Assembly: GCF_009914755.1 (NCBI RefSeq)
Contig: NC_060942.1
Length of the DNA stretch: 64,000 bases
Reading direction: 5' to 3' (one strand)
From: the human T2T-CHM13v2.0 reference genome, Homo sapiens
Position numbers and translations under genes: made by a program. Numbering within the stretch: position 1 is the stretch's first letter; each line of letters opens with the position of its first letter. The notes beneath the pieces were generated by a model, which was not told the DNA's origin, made no database searches, and saw only the letters and a program-made list of their open reading frames with translations. Below are positions 26,237 to 42,026 of the stretch, in pieces.

Positions 26237-28472
26237 CTACCCTTATATAACTACACCTATTTTCCTATTCTGCCCATCCTCTACTTAACTTCTGGCAATC
26301 CATAATATTTATCCCATTTCTATAATTTTATAATTTGTAGACTATTATATAAACAAAATCATTTGGTATGTAACACTTTAGGATTATTTTTTCCATTTAT
26401 AATTTTCACTCAGCCGTTGCTGGATTGTGGTGTAGTTAAATGTTTAGTTTTATAGGAAATTGCCAGTTTTCCAGAATGGCTGTACCATTTTACATTGTCA
26501 CCCACAATGTGTGAGACATCCAGTTACTCCACATCTTTGCCAGCATTTGATTGTTCTTATCTGCCATCTGTAAATCATATTCAAGGAAATATCTCTTCAT
26601 ATGTTTTGCTCATTCTGTAATTGGGTTTTTGTTTTTCTGTTAAGTTTCAGATATTGACTCTTTTTCAGATATATGGATTTAAATTGCTTTATTCAACCCT
26701 GTATCTTATCTTTTCATCCTTTGTAACAGAGTATTTTGAGTTCAAAATATTTAATTATAATGGAGTCAAATTTATCAAGTTCTTTATGGATTATGCCTTT
26801 GGTGTCTAGTCTAAAAATTCTTTACCCTTCCCAATATCATTAGATTTTTTTTTTCTAAAAATATTATGGCTTTATATTTTACATTTAAATTCATGATAAA
26901 TTTTAATTAGTCATTATAAGAGTTGTATATGTTCAAGGGTTTTTTTGTAACATTTATTAAATTCTAACTTTATTCCATTGAATTGCTTTTGTGCCTTTGT
27001 GAAGCAAATGTAGGTCCTATTTTTCTGTGCATATTAATAGGATCTCTATGCTAATCCATTGGTTACAGTGGGTATTTCTCTGTTGATACTAATAGGTCTT
27101 GATCACTGTGATTACTTTAGCTATGTAACAAGTTATGAAATTAAAAAGACAATCCTCCCAACTTATTCTTCTTCAAATTGTTTTCATTAGTTTTTGCATT
27201 TTCTTATAAGTTTTAGAATAAGTTTGTCTATATCTACAATTTTTTTTTAAAAAAGCAAACACGAAACCTCGAAAACCTTTCTAGAATTTTATGGAATTGT
27301 GATAAACCCACACAGCAGCTTGAGGACATATGACATATTTTTTTCTTTGAGTCTTCCAATCAATTATCATAGTATGACTTACCATTCATTTAAATATTTT
27401 TATTCCATCCATATTTTTAGATAATTGCATAGAAGTCCTATACCTTTTGTTAGATTTACACCTACTTACTTCATTTATGAGTGTTTTTAGTGGCATTGTA
27501 ACTTAAATATCGATTTACAGATCCATTGCTAGTGTGTAAAAATAAAATAAATTTTTGTATCTTTATCTAGTATCCTGTGATTTTTATAAATTCATTAATT
27601 TCAGGTTTTGTAGATTCCTCCAAACATTCTGTGTAGACAATCATGTTATCTCCAAATATAGACAATTCGATTTCTTCCCTTCTGATCTGTATATAATTCC
27701 TTTACTGTTCTTATCTATTGCATTGGCTAGAATCTCCAACATCATGTTGGATAGGAGCCTTTAGAGCATAAATCTTTACCTTGTTGCTGACCTTGAAAAT
27801 AGAGCAATCACTCTTTCAACTTTAACTATGGTATTAGCTACAGTTATTTTGTAGATGCTCTTTTTCAAGTTTAGAAAGTTCCTCTTCTATTCCTTTTAAA
27901 AGCTTTATCATGAAAGGATGTTAGATTTTGTTAAATGCTTGTTCTGCATTGATAAATATGATATTGCTATTTTTACTCCCTGGCCTGTTCTTAAGGTGTT
28001 TTACACTGATTGTTTTTTGAATATTGAATCATTCTTGTATACCAGGAATAAACACCACGTGATCATGGTGTTTAATTTATTTATACATTTCTGATTCTAT
28101 TTTATAGTATTTTGTATGCTACCGGTATCAATATGTTAACAATGGGTATTGGTCTTTACTTTTCTTTATTTTGAACTCTCTTCATCAGATTTTGGCATCA
28201 AAGTAATACTAGCTTTATTAAAAATGTCTGAGAAGTGGTCCATATTTATACTGTTGTATTTTCTGACAGATTATGTAGAAGTAGTATTAATTCATATCTA
28301 AATGTTGGTAAAATTCTGCAGTGAAACCATTTGGCCTGGCAGTTTGTTAATTTTTAATAACAAATTTAATTTTTTAATATAGGTCTATTCAAATTATATA
28401 TTTGTAATTGGATAAGGTTTTTTGAGAAACTGGTATATTTCATCTATGATATGAAATTGAAGAGTGAAGTAT

Positions 28473-28785
28473 TGTTACTGAAACAGCAGTGGTTTGGTTC
28501 AGGTCCTGTTATTCACCACACTGAAAGACAATCAGTGAGACCATGAGTATTTCCAAACAAGAAGGCTTTAATTGGGTGCTGCAGCCAAGGAGATGGGAGC
28601 TGGGTCTCAAACCCATCTCCCTGACTGACTAAAATTAGGAGTTTATATAGCAGGTAAGAAATCCAACAATGTGTGAAAAACAGGAACTAGGGAGAGACAA
28701 GGAAGCAATCATGATGAGTGAGGGGTCTCACTTCTCACTGTCCAAATGTGGTGATCTGGTGAGTTTCAGTTATTTGATTCCTTGC
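28473..28785 (-). mobile_element. ERV1 LTR fragment, MER31-like
   Basis: tgttactgaaacagc..aggtcctg..gaaggctttaattgggtgctgcagccaaggagatgggag..catctccctgactgactaaaattagg; family name from memory. Confidence 0.7.
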
Positions 28786-29105
<320 letters not shown>

Positions 29106-29322
29106 TGAGAATTTCTTAATTTGCTCTTCTTTGCTGAAGGGTATTTTCTTTGGATATGAGGTTTTTAGTTGATACTTCTTTTATTTTGACACTTGTAATC
29201 TATTGTGCCATTCTTTTTGGTTTCATGGTTTCTGAGGAAAATCCACTATGATTTAAATGTTTTTTCCCTACAGGTTAGGTGTGATTTGTCTCCAGTTGCT
29301 TTTAAGATGTTTTTTGGTCTTT

Positions 29323-29668
29323 CTTTTTGTTTGTTTTTGTTTTGTTTTTGCTTTTTGACACAGGGTCTTGCTCTGTTGCCCAGGCTAGGGTACAGTAGCA
29401 TGATAATAGTTCACTCTGGTCTCAAACTCCTGGGCTTAAATGATCCTCTCACCTCAGCCTTCTGAGTAACTGAGATTACTGATGCATGCAACCACATCTG
29501 GATAATGTTTTGGGTTTTTTTGTTTGTTTCTTTCTTTCTTCTGTTTTTTTAATAGAGATAAAGTCTACAGTGTTGTTCAGGTTGGTCCAAACACGTTGGC
29601 TCAAGCAATCCTCTCACCTTGGCCTCCCAATATGCTGGGATTATAAGAATGAGCCACCATATCTGGCC
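29323..29668 (-). mobile_element. AluJ, full length, diverged
   Basis: cagggtcttgctctgttgcccaggct..aactcctgggcttaaatgatcctc..ggctcaagcaatcctctcaccttggcctccc; flanks ttttt(g)gtcttt on both sides. Confidence 0.92.
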
Positions 29669-30404
29669 ATTTTTGTCTTTAGTTTTTAGAACTATGACTA
29701 TTAGTGTAGTTTGGTATGCTTTCTTTTAGATTTACCCCATTTGAACTTGTTCACCTTCCTTGATTAGCAGATTTGTCTTTGCCAAATTTGGGGATTCTTT
29801 AGCAATTACGGTTTCAATTTTTTTTCAGCCATGCCCTCTTTGTCTTCCCTTTCCATAATTCCAGTGACATAAATTTAAGATTTTTGTTATGTAGTCCCAC
29901 AGATCCTTGAAGTTCTGTTGTTGTTATTGTTTCATCCCCATTCTATTTTCTCTCTGCTGTTCAGGTTGTGTCATTTTCATTGTTCTGGCTTCATGTTCAT
30001 TGATTTCTGTTTCCTTTATATGCTATATTCTGCCTTTGTGTTCACCCATTAAATTTTCTTTACTAAACATTTTAATCATAAAATGTTATTCTTTTTTATC
30101 TATTTCTGTCCTGAGATTCAATATTTTTCATATATTTTAAGCATGTTTATCATTACTCATTGAATCATTTCTATGATGGCTATTTAAAAATCTTTGTTAC
30201 ATAATTCTAACATTTATCTTATCAGTGTGGGCATCTATTATAATTTCCTTTTTTCATTCAGTTTGTGTTTGTTTCTTGGTATAATGAATGCTTTTTCAAT
30301 AGAAATTTGATCATTCTGGATATTATGCTAGGGGTCTCTGAATTGTATAAACACCGTTTTAGTTGACTTAACACCCAAAATGTACATATACACCCCCAAT
30401 GTAC

Positions 30405-31020
30405 AGAATATGTATGTGGAAAACTATAAAATAGCAATGAAATAAATTAAAGCAGGTCCACATGAACGGAAGGCTATTCTGTGTTCATAGATTGAGAGAC
30501 TCAATATTGTGAAAACCTCAATTTTTCCAAATTAATCTATAAATTTAGTGAAATCCTAATCAGAATCCTAAGCAAATCAGCTTGTAAATGTTGACAAACT
30601 GTTCGTAAAGTTCAACAGAAAAGGCTAAATATCTAGAATATAAAGCACAATAATGAAAAAAAGCAAACTCGGGATACATACAACCCAATTTTAAGACTTA
30701 GTCTAAAACTAATCATGATAGCATTGGTGAGAAATTAGACAAATAGGCCAAATGAACAGGACAGATAGCTCAGGATTAGACCCACACAAATGACAAGTAT
30801 AAGCAATAGATCTTTGATAAGGTAGCAAATGTAATCCAAAGGAAAAGGGATAATCTTTTTAATAAATGGTGCTGAAACAATTGGACAGCTATTGAAAAAT
30901 AAAATAAAATATATAAGGATCTGTTTACAGACCTTACATCATAAACAAAACTCACTTTAAAATAGACTGTAGACCTAAATATAAAATATAAAACTATACA
31001 AATTCTTCAGAAAACAAAAT
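30405..31020 (+). mobile_element. L1M ORF2 fragment
   Basis: gaaaactataaa..tgttcatagattgagagactcaatattgt..tctttttaataaatggtgctgaaacaattgga..agacctaaat. Confidence 0.85.
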
Positions 31021-32716
31021 ATTTCTACTGTATCTTTAGTGATATTTTTCTCTAATTTTAACTTTGTCATTGTATATTAAAATTTATGAATTTGGAGAGG
31101 AGTCATTTGGACAAATTTAAGAGAAGCTGAGAGCTTTTTGCCCATTTGGCATAATATGTTTTTGAAAGTGTATAAGTAGAAATAATGCCTATTAAATTGT
31201 CTTATGCTGGCTCTTATTAGTAAGGCAGAGCTGATATCCGAGTTAAGAAGTATGTTTATTTAGAAAGGTTTTTTCTTTGTTTGATATTTAAATTTGTCAA
31301 TAATGTTTGACTTATAACAATCATGGTTAATCAAATATTCAGTAAGTATCAAGAAAATATTTAGATTATAAATATATTTCTTTCCATTTATTTTGAATGA
31401 TTTTATAACTGATAGCACTTACATTCCTATGATTTTAGTACAGTGTTTTAAAATTAAAATCCATTACCTTTAAAACACTAAAAGTATTTTTTACAAACCT
31501 ATATTTTTGGCTAATTTAGGGATTTCAACTTGTAAAACTCTTTTTCTCAACTCATAGTGGCAGCGGGGGGTAAAACAGAAACAAAAAACTTCTGATTCAG
31601 CATTCTTTTGTTCAATACAAGACAGAGATCCTTTGGGTAAAGTAGTATTGCCTGCTGAAGAAGAACTATATTAAATACTAGCTACTCAATTATACGTTGA
31701 TACTGAAACTGGCTTTGAAGAGTGAAATGGAGTGGCACATTTAGGCTCTGACATTCTAAGGCATAAATCAAATCAATGCTGAGCAACGAAGTATATAAGT
31801 GAGTGACAGATCTGATCCCCACAAGTGTGAAGACCGAAAGGTGTTTAGTGATTTGATTATAAAAAAGACTTTGAAAACCAGGTCAAAAATGAAGGCAGAA
31901 AGGAAATGGGAAATGGGATGCATAAAATAAAAGACCGTGTAAGAAATTACACAGGGAATATTGATTTTGTTTTCAGAGATATACTTAGGTATTGCCAATT
32001 TGAGGCAGGCACTGTGCTCCACTCAGTAGCAATTGGTTTAAAGATACAACAACACTTTCTTGTTTTTAATGTTGATAACACATGGAGGAGCTGAATAAAT
32101 AGTGATTTTTCAGCAAAAGCCACTCACTTCTGATAATCTAACAACATAAAATCTCCCTCAAATCTTTGTTTTCGACTAGCCATTTTGTGAAGAGACTCAA
32201 GTAACTGCCAAACTGCATTGCTTCTAAATGCAGTCTTTATTCAATGAAACTATTTATTTAATTCAGAGCTTATTTTGATGTAATTGTATAAATGGTATAA
32301 TTCAAAGAAACTATAGTTATACAGTGAGATTTAGTTTACCAAATTGGTATATTATGTTATCAAAGGGTCAATCCATAAATAGGATTTTATTTAGATTCTA
32401 CTGGTCATTTTTTACATTTTTTAAATCACAAAGTTAAGCAAAATCTAAAAGTAAGTAAAAATGATTCCTACTGCATATGTGTGTGATTTGACTAATTTTA
32501 ATATTCTTGCAATTTATGGGTCTTTAATTTTTAACAAGATAGCTTTAAAAATGTGAAAGAGAATGATAATTATAATAGAACTACTAACTTCTTGTTTGTA
32601 CTAATAGTTAAGAATATACTTTAAAAATATAATTTAATGAATTTTTGCTGCATGATAAGTTAGAAATAGAAGTGACTAGCAAGAAAAAATAGGGATTACT
32701 ATAAGGACTAAACAAA

Positions 32717-32749
32717 TGTGTGTGTGTGTGTGAGTGTGTGTGTGTGTGT
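32717..32749. repeat. (TG)n microsatellite with one interruption
   Basis: Direct reading. Confidence 0.93.
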
Positions 32750-33382
32750 AAATTCCTAAAATATTACCTGGGTGCTAAGAAATATAAACTAAATGTAAGG
32801 TATTATTAATATATATTATTAATTATTAATTGATGTTACTATTTTAATAATTTTGAATTGTATTATGTTTACGACACTATAAATTTAATTCTTGTTTTGA
32901 CGTTTTGTTTAATGCCTATCTCTCTCCCTTCCTCTCTCTCCAAATATATGTGGGTAATTATGTTCAGTTATTATTTCCTCATAAAGTTGACATGAGTAAG
33001 ATGTCTTTTATGTCTGGGAATGTATGCATTTTGCCCACACACATGCATAACTGCCGGAACATGGAAGTCTAAGGTCATGAATCTCCCCATTACCATTCTG
33101 ATACCGATTCGTTGGGTGTAAATATGCGTCACTGCAGAAATGACATAATATGATGATGATAATGGTGACAGATGTTATTACTATTTCTACATCTGTGTCA
33201 TTGTCTGATTTTAGATCCCTTATTATATTCATTATGTTCATATTTTACTAATATTCTATTCCTCATTTTATTTATTAAAATACTTTATTTCTTAGAGTAG
33301 TTTTAACTTTATCCAGCAATTGAAGAGCAAGTAAAAAGAATACTTAAATACCTTTCTTCCTCCCATTTTCCTCTGCTGTTAA

Positions 33383-34808
33383 TAATGGCAGACCCTGTGG
33401 AGGGGCCACTGCCATGACGCCAGCTGCAGTGGGGGAGGCGCGGCCGGGACTATGCCCTCCATAGAGCCAATGCGAGCCAGGACAGGCAGAAACCCCGCCC
33501 ACTTCCAAGTTGGAAGGGTGGGAGCCCCGCCCTCCCGAGAGTGGCTGCAGCCTACCAGCCAGGGCTGCGGACCTGGGCTTCTCTGCATTCCTGGAGGCAC
33601 CGGAAGCTCCCCTACCCCCACAGGCTGGGAAATGCCTGTTCCCCCTACCTGGCCTCTCCCTGCTCCCAGCACCTGCCCTGATTTTTAGCGAAGTTGTGAT
33701 GGAGTCCCAGTGCTGTCATGACCCAGCCAGGTGTGCATGCACTTGGGGCAGCGTTGACACACCAGCTCCCTGCTGCCTGGGCACCCTTAGACTATGGGCG
33801 CCTACAAGCATGGGAGAGAGGCCAAGGTGGGCTGAGGGTTGCTCAGCATTGGCCTTCAGGCAACCCTCAGCATGAACAGCCTCAATGTTATGGGCACTAT
33901 GGACAGCCAGTTACTGGCGGTGGGAGGCAGACAGTCTCGTGGGTGGAAAGGGGTCGGTCCCCATTGAAACCCCACCTTCATGCCAGGGAGGGTTGGAGAC
34001 CTAGGGCTGGGCAGCCAGTTCCACGAACCAGAGTGTGAACTTATGGTGCTTTTTCTGGGCCTACCCATAGCTGTCCATGCTGTCCATGGACCAATAAGCA
34101 GGTGCTTCCTCCCCTCTGAAGCCCAGAAAAACCCTAAATTCAGCCAGAGTTGGGCAGATGTTGGGACAACCTGTCTGTGCACCTCTTTGCCTCGCTCACC
34201 CTCCACTTCTCCACGTACCTCATTCTTACTGGATGCAAGACAAGAACTCAGGACCCGCCAAATGGCAGGGCTAAAGGAGCTGTAACACAAACAGGGCTTA
34301 AACACACCCTTTGTTCCCCACGTTGTGGGCGACGAAAAAGAAGGGAGATGAAGAGAAGAGCTGTGTTTCTTGGGTGATCCCAGACCTAGGAGTTCCCCAA
34401 ACCCAGGCCTGTGACACCCTTTGGAGCTCTCCAGTTAATGCCATCTCCAAGCTTCTAGGCACCACCGTGTTTCCCAGTGCCAGCCATGGAAGCTTCTTAT
34501 GGTATGCCTGGTCCAGCTGCAGTCACACAGGGAGCTGGTGCCCATGTCAGTGCTTGGAGCTGCCTGCCCTGCTGCAGCTGGCATGCCTGGCTATAGACAG
34601 GCCAGACCCCATGCTCACTCACTTACACACCCTTCACTGCTCCATGCCTGACTCATTCTCGGCAGACATTGGATCCAGGCTGGTAGTATAGCCTGCCAGG
34701 CTGAGTGGTCAGAACGAGCCCAGTGGACCCAAGCAAAACTCGGGAAAAGGCACCACTGGCCACAGAGGTTTCCAGCTAGAAAAGTAACACCCCAAGGATC
34801 CTATGACA
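33383..34808 (+). mobile_element. ERV1 solo LTR, MER52 family (~1.4 kb, GC-rich)
   Basis: Start taatggcag..gccagctgcagtgggggaggcgcggccggg and end cagaggtttccagct..caccccaaggatcctatgaca match MER52 termini; sharp GC step versus flanks. Confidence 0.88.
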
Positions 34809-34894
34809 TTTCCATCTTGCATTAGTTTGGTTCATTTGTTACAACTGATGGGCTAATATTGATAAATAATTTTTAACTAAAGTCTATAGTTCAT

Positions 34895-35202
<308 letters not shown>

Positions 35203-35484
35203 TCACAAGAGGCTTCCCTCTTTGTGTTGTACAGTCCTATGGGTTTTGGTGAATGTGAAATGTCATGTATCCACCATTACACTATCATACAGAATAGTTT
35301 CATCATCCTAACATCCTCTCGGCTTCACCTATTTCTCCCTCTCTCTCATCCTCCTACAGCCTCTGGCTACCGCTGATCTCCTTATTGTCTCTATAGTTTA
35401 ATGTTTTCCAGAAAAATCAGAGTTTTAATTATGTATATATGGCCTCTTCTAACTGGCTTCTTTCACTTAGCAATATGCACTTAA

Positions 35485-35842
<358 letters not shown>

Positions 35843-37512
35843 CAACCAGAATTTTTTTAAGCATTAACCTTTCGAAAGGTATCTTGATTGCTTCCAATGT
35901 TTGGAAATTATGAATAAAGCTGCTATAAACATTCACGTAGAGGTTCAGGTACAAAATACAAAATGTCTACCATTTCACATTCCCACAAGCAATGAATGAA
36001 TGTTAATATTGCTCCACATCCCAGCCAGTGGTGTATGGTGTTGTCAATGTTTAGTATTTGCCCATCCTATAAGGTGTATAGTAGTAAGTTATTTGAAGAG
36101 AAGTTTTTTGTTGTTGTTTTCTTTTGTTTTTAATTTAATGGAATGTAACTTGTAATTTTTTTCTCTCTCTCTCATGGATTGTGTTTTGTATCTTATGGTC
36201 AAATCTAAAGTCCCCTCGATATTCTGTTATTTTCCAGGATTTTTATATTTTGGGGTTATATATTATCTACTTTGATTTACTTTTTAATGAAACTTCTAAT
36301 GTCAGTTTCTGGACTTAGGGTTTTTGTTTTTGTTTGTTGTTGTTGTTTTTACCAACTGTCAATATTGAACTATTTTCAATATTGAAATTTTTTCCTAATT
36401 GTTTATTACGAAGACTATCTTTTTGTCATTGGATTTCATTTGCTTCTTTCTCAGAAATAATTTGACTATATTTGTTTGGACCTGCTTCTGAGTTCTTTAT
36501 TTTGTTTGATGATCTATTGTCTACTTTTTCATTGATAACATACTGTATTAATTACAGTATCTTTATAGTAGGTACTGAAATTGGGTAGCATCAATCCTGT
36601 GCCTTCATTACCTTCTTCAAAACCGTGTTGGTTATTCTGGGTGTTTTTCCTTTCCATTTAAACTATAGAATTAGATAGCTAAAATCCACAAGTAAATTCC
36701 TGGGATTTTGACTGGGACGTCTTCTCATGTTCTTTACGTCAAAATTGTAATTTCCTTATAATTTCATTGTCATCTGTTAATGAAATATAATACTCAATAT
36801 AGTAAAAAATTATAGATTTAGAGCAATTACTATCAAAAGCACCAAAATGATTTTGGCAGATATAGACAAGCTCATTCTAAAATGTATATAGAAAAAAACA
36901 AGCCAAAGAATAGCTAAAACAATATTGAAAAAGAAGCAAAAAAAAAAGGAAGACTTATCTGACCCAATATTAATATTTATTATATACTTAAGATAATTGG
37001 GGCATTATGGTATTGGTGTAGATGTAGACACATAGATTAGTTGAACATAATTGATAACAGAAATAAACTCATATGTATGTCCAACTGCTTTTTGAAATTT
37101 GTTTATAATTTACACATAATTATTGTACATGTTTGTTGGGTACAATGTGATGTCCGAATACACGTATACATTGTATAATGACCAAATCTGGGTAGTTAGT
37201 ATGTCCATCACTTCAAGCCTTTATTATGTTTATGGTGATAACTTTCACACTATCTTGAATTATATAATACCTTGTTGTTAGCTATAGTCACCTTACTATG
37301 TAATAGAACACAAGAAGTTCTTATTCCTATCTAACTGTGACTTTGTACCCTTAACCAATTTCTCTCTATCTTCCCCTTCCCTTTCTCTCCCCACCCTCTG
37401 CTAACCACTATTCTATTGTCTACTTCTATGAGATCAACTATTTAGAGTCCACATGTGAGAGAGATCATGTGATATTTTTCTTTCTATGCCTGGCTTATGC
37501 CACTTAACATAA

Positions 37513-37710
<198 letters not shown>

Positions 37711-38280
37711 TAACTGTAAGTATCCCATTGTCTTATAGATTACATTTTCTTCATCCATTTAGCCATTAATGGACACTTGAGCTGATTACATCTCTTGGCT
37801 ATTGTGAATAGCATTTTTTCACATACTCATTGGCCATTTGTGTATCTTTTTTAGGAAATGTGTATTCAGATTCCTTACTCGTTTTTTGTCATATTATTTG
37901 TTTTATTGCTGTTGTTTGTGTTCCTAGTATATTCTAGATATGAACCCCTTGTGAAACAAATAGTGTACAAATATTTTTTTCCTATTCTGCTGGTTGTCTC
38001 TTCCCTCTGTTGATTTTTTTCCTCTGCTATGCAGATGATTACCTTCAGATGGTCCCATTTGTCAATTTTTGCTTCTGTTACCTGTGCTTTTGAAGTTTTA
38101 GCCATAAAATCTTTGCCCAGACCAATATCCTGAAACATCTCCCCTATTTTCTCCTAATAGATTTATAGTTTGTGGTATGATATTTAAATCTTTAAAGATT
38201 TTCTCTTGCTTTTTATATGGTGAATGATAGGGGTTTAATTTTTTTCCTAAGCATGTGGATATCCAGTTTTCCCAGCACCA

Positions 38281-38720
<440 letters not shown>

Positions 38721-39712
38721 TGACTAGAGTCACCTTCCCATCAAAATTCCCAGACTGGTGGAAAGATGGAATATCTACCTCCAACTCCCTCCTCTTAGCT
38801 CAGAGATTCTGTGTCTAGGAAAATGCCCTGTGAGTGGTATGATGCCAGCGGTAGGAAGTAGCAAGTGAACCTGAAATGACCATTCCTCTTACCTGTTGTG
38901 GTTCCTCTCAGTCTTGCGAGATCAGGGCATTTCTTTACTTCCTCCGCAGGTTCTGTTGAACTGAAGGAAATATTCTTGTTCTTGAATAGTTCCTAGTTGT
39001 ATTTTTGTGGGAGAAGTGATACCCAGAGATTTCGAGTTCCACCATCTTGCTCCAATGCTTTTGGAGAAAGGTGCAAAACAAATTCAATAAAGAAAAATTA
39101 GGAAAAGAATTATACTTGATAACAAAAGCAATATCAGTAAAAGGCAAATTTATAAGTTGCGTTTTAAAATTAAAAAAAAAACCTTGTTCTGTGAAAATCA
39201 CCATTGAAAGAGTGAAAATACAAGCTACTGACTGGGAGAAAATGTTTGCTAAGTATATATTTGCAAAAGGACTGGTATTTAGATTGTATAAAGAACTCTT
39301 CTATTTTAACAGTAAGTAAATAGTATAATTAGAAAATGGGCAAGCAACATAAACAGACATTTCAATGAAGAACATTTGCAGATGGTAAGCACTTTAAAAC
39401 GTGTTCAGTATCACTACCAATTAGGGATATGCAAATTAAAACCATCGTCAGATATCATTACGCCCTTATCAGAAAAGACAAAATTTTAAAGTAATGATAG
39501 CCTCAGATGCTGTTGAGGATGAAGAGAAACTGGATTACTCATACATCGCTAACAGGAACATAAAACGGTAAAGCCATTTGGCAAACTTTGACAGTTTCTA
39601 TAAAACAAAATACACAATTTTCATATGATCTAGCAGTTTGTTCCACAGAAAATAAAACTTATGTTCATATAAAATTCTGTATAAAAATGTTTAAAGCAGT
39701 ACATTTACTCAT

Positions 39713-40242
39713 TGTATTAGTTTCTTGTTGATGCTGTAACAAATTACCAAAGACTTAGTAGCCTAAAACAACAGAGATTTATTCCATCACACTTCTGGAA
39801 GCCAGAGTCCATTATCAGCATCCCTTGGTTCAAATCAAGGTGACATCAGTCCCTCTAGCACCTCTAGGGGAGAGTGTTCTTTGTCTTTGCCAGCTTCCAC
39901 TGGGCTGCCAGCACTTCTTGGCTTGCCTCTGTCTCACTGAACCTCTGCCTTGCTCCATGATAATATTGCCTTCCCCTCTTCAGTCTGCATATAAATCTCC
40001 CTTGGCCTGGCTCTTAGACCCTTGTGATCACATTTATGTCACACCCAGATAATCCAGGACAATCTCTAACATCTCAAAATTCTTAATTTAATTATGTCTT
40101 CAAAGCCAAGCTTGTGCCATGTAATGTAACATTCACAGATTCACAGACTTGAGAAGTGTTCCTCTTGGGGACTATCAGAGAAGTGTCCTTCTTGGACTAT
40201 CAGAAGTGTCCGTCTTGGGGGACCATCATTCAGCCTACCACA
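39713..40242 (-). mobile_element. ERVL-MaLR LTR, MLT1C/D-like
   Basis: tgtattagtttc..gctgtaacaaattacca..ctctaggggaga..cagataatccaggacaatctc..attcagcctaccaca; TSD ctcat/ttcat. Confidence 0.92.
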
Positions 40243-41049
40243 TTCATAATAGTCCAAAACTTCAAACAAAACATATCACCTTCGGTGAATGAACGGCTAA
40301 ACAGACTACAACTACATACCATGGAATACTACTGAGCAATAAAAATGAATTAATTATTGATACATATAATGACTTGGATGGATCTACAGAAAATTATGCT
40401 CTGTGAAGGAAAAAGGAAAGCCAAGCCCAAAAGGTTACATAATCCATGTTTCTATTTATATAATATTTTAGAAATAAAAACTTAGTAATGAAGAATAATT
40501 TTGTCATTGTCAGGACTTAGGGACAAGCAACCAGTGGTGAGTAGAGGAGAGAAGTAGGCGTACCTATAAAATGATAACATGATGGATACTTGCAATGATA
40601 GAACTTCTCTGTGCCTTGACGTGGTGGTTGACTCACAAATCTATACATGGCAAAAGTGCATACAATTAAATATACACACACAACAAATGTATATATGTAC
40701 TATATATATTTAATATATAGTAAACTTAAATTTATATGTATACAAAATTGTACTATATATTTAATATATATAACAAATATATGTGTGTGTATATATACAA
40801 CTGAGTATATACAAAACGTATACAAAACTGAGTAACCTTGGAAGACTGTATCAATGTCAAAGCCCTAGCTAGCTGTGATATTCTGAAGATGCTACCACTC
40901 AGAGAAAATGGAAAATGGATAAGTAATAGGTGAGATTTTTCTGTATACTTTCCTAAGACAGCAGTTAAATCTAAAATTATCTCAATAATTTTAAGTAAAG
41001 TAAAACATGCATAAAATGTTCAATATATATTTTCTTTATCAAAAGATAA

Positions 41050-41560
41050 TTTAAATTTAACAATACCTTTAAAGACACATTGCTGGAACTGACTACAAGT
41101 GAAACTTTGAAGATGGATTTTGATATTACCAGATTAGTTGTTTCATTTTCAATAAAGGTTAAAAATAAATTCCAGAAGTTACTATAAAATTGCTCTAAAA
41201 TTGGTCCTTCATTTCCATCAACAGGCCAGTATCTCTAGAGTATTATTAAAACAAAACACAATATTTTATGTACACTGTATTACATTTCAGTAGTGATGTC
41301 ACAGGCATAATATAAATTAGATTAGCAAGCAAGAAGCTAACAAAATTGTCATATTAAAAAATTTAAATTTATACATATGGTGTTTTTTCAAAGTATGTAT
41401 GCATTGAATATTGAAAATCAAAACTTACAAAAGTTGCAAATGTAGGAGAAATTCCCTGTTATAGTAGTTTATACACATGAATTCAATAAACATGTACAAG
41501 TTAGAAATCTTTTTCCTATTATTTTTGTCCTAGCAATATTTATTGAAATATAATATGTCT
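41050..41560 (+). mobile_element. hAT-Charlie DNA transposon fragment (degraded transposase 3' end)
   Basis: aaattgctctaaaa..ttccatcaaca..tattaaaacaaaaca..agattagcaagcaagaagc resembles recalled Charlie consensus. Confidence 0.45.
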
Positions 41561-42003
41561 ATTGGATATCAAAAGGATCCCCATTAGAGTCTGGGATAGG
41601 GCAACAGTATTCATATTAATAATAGATAGCTACATAACCAACAATTCTGTACGCACTAATTCCATTTTTTTTCTAGCAAGCCTCTCCTCTTTTCAATCAT
41701 TCTTCTTCTGTTTCCCTGAATAGCACCCTCCATCCTAACCAGTACTCTCATTAAATAAGACATGTTTTCACAGATACATTATAGAAAGACTGTTATGGGA
41801 ATAATGAGAACAAAGGCACAGGCTACTGAGTTTCTGATAGTGTTCACAGACCAACAGCTCTGTGCATGCATTTGGAATTTGAGAGGCAAAGACCCGGATA
41901 CATGCAGCATAATCTTTAGTAATGCATTCTATATGTGAGAGCTGTTCTATTGGACCTTCTGAACATCCTTTACAGAGCGCTTCTCAACTCACCTCTTTTA
42001 TCT

Positions 42004-42026
42004 TTTTTTTTTTTTTTTTTTTTTTT
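42004..42026. repeat. Poly(T) tract
   Basis: 23 consecutive T. Confidence 0.9.

Noticed and set aside
33379-34691. Cluster of 75-149 aa overlapping ORFs
   Set aside because: All lie within the GC-rich MER52 LTR, where stops are rare; no gag, pol or env motifs.
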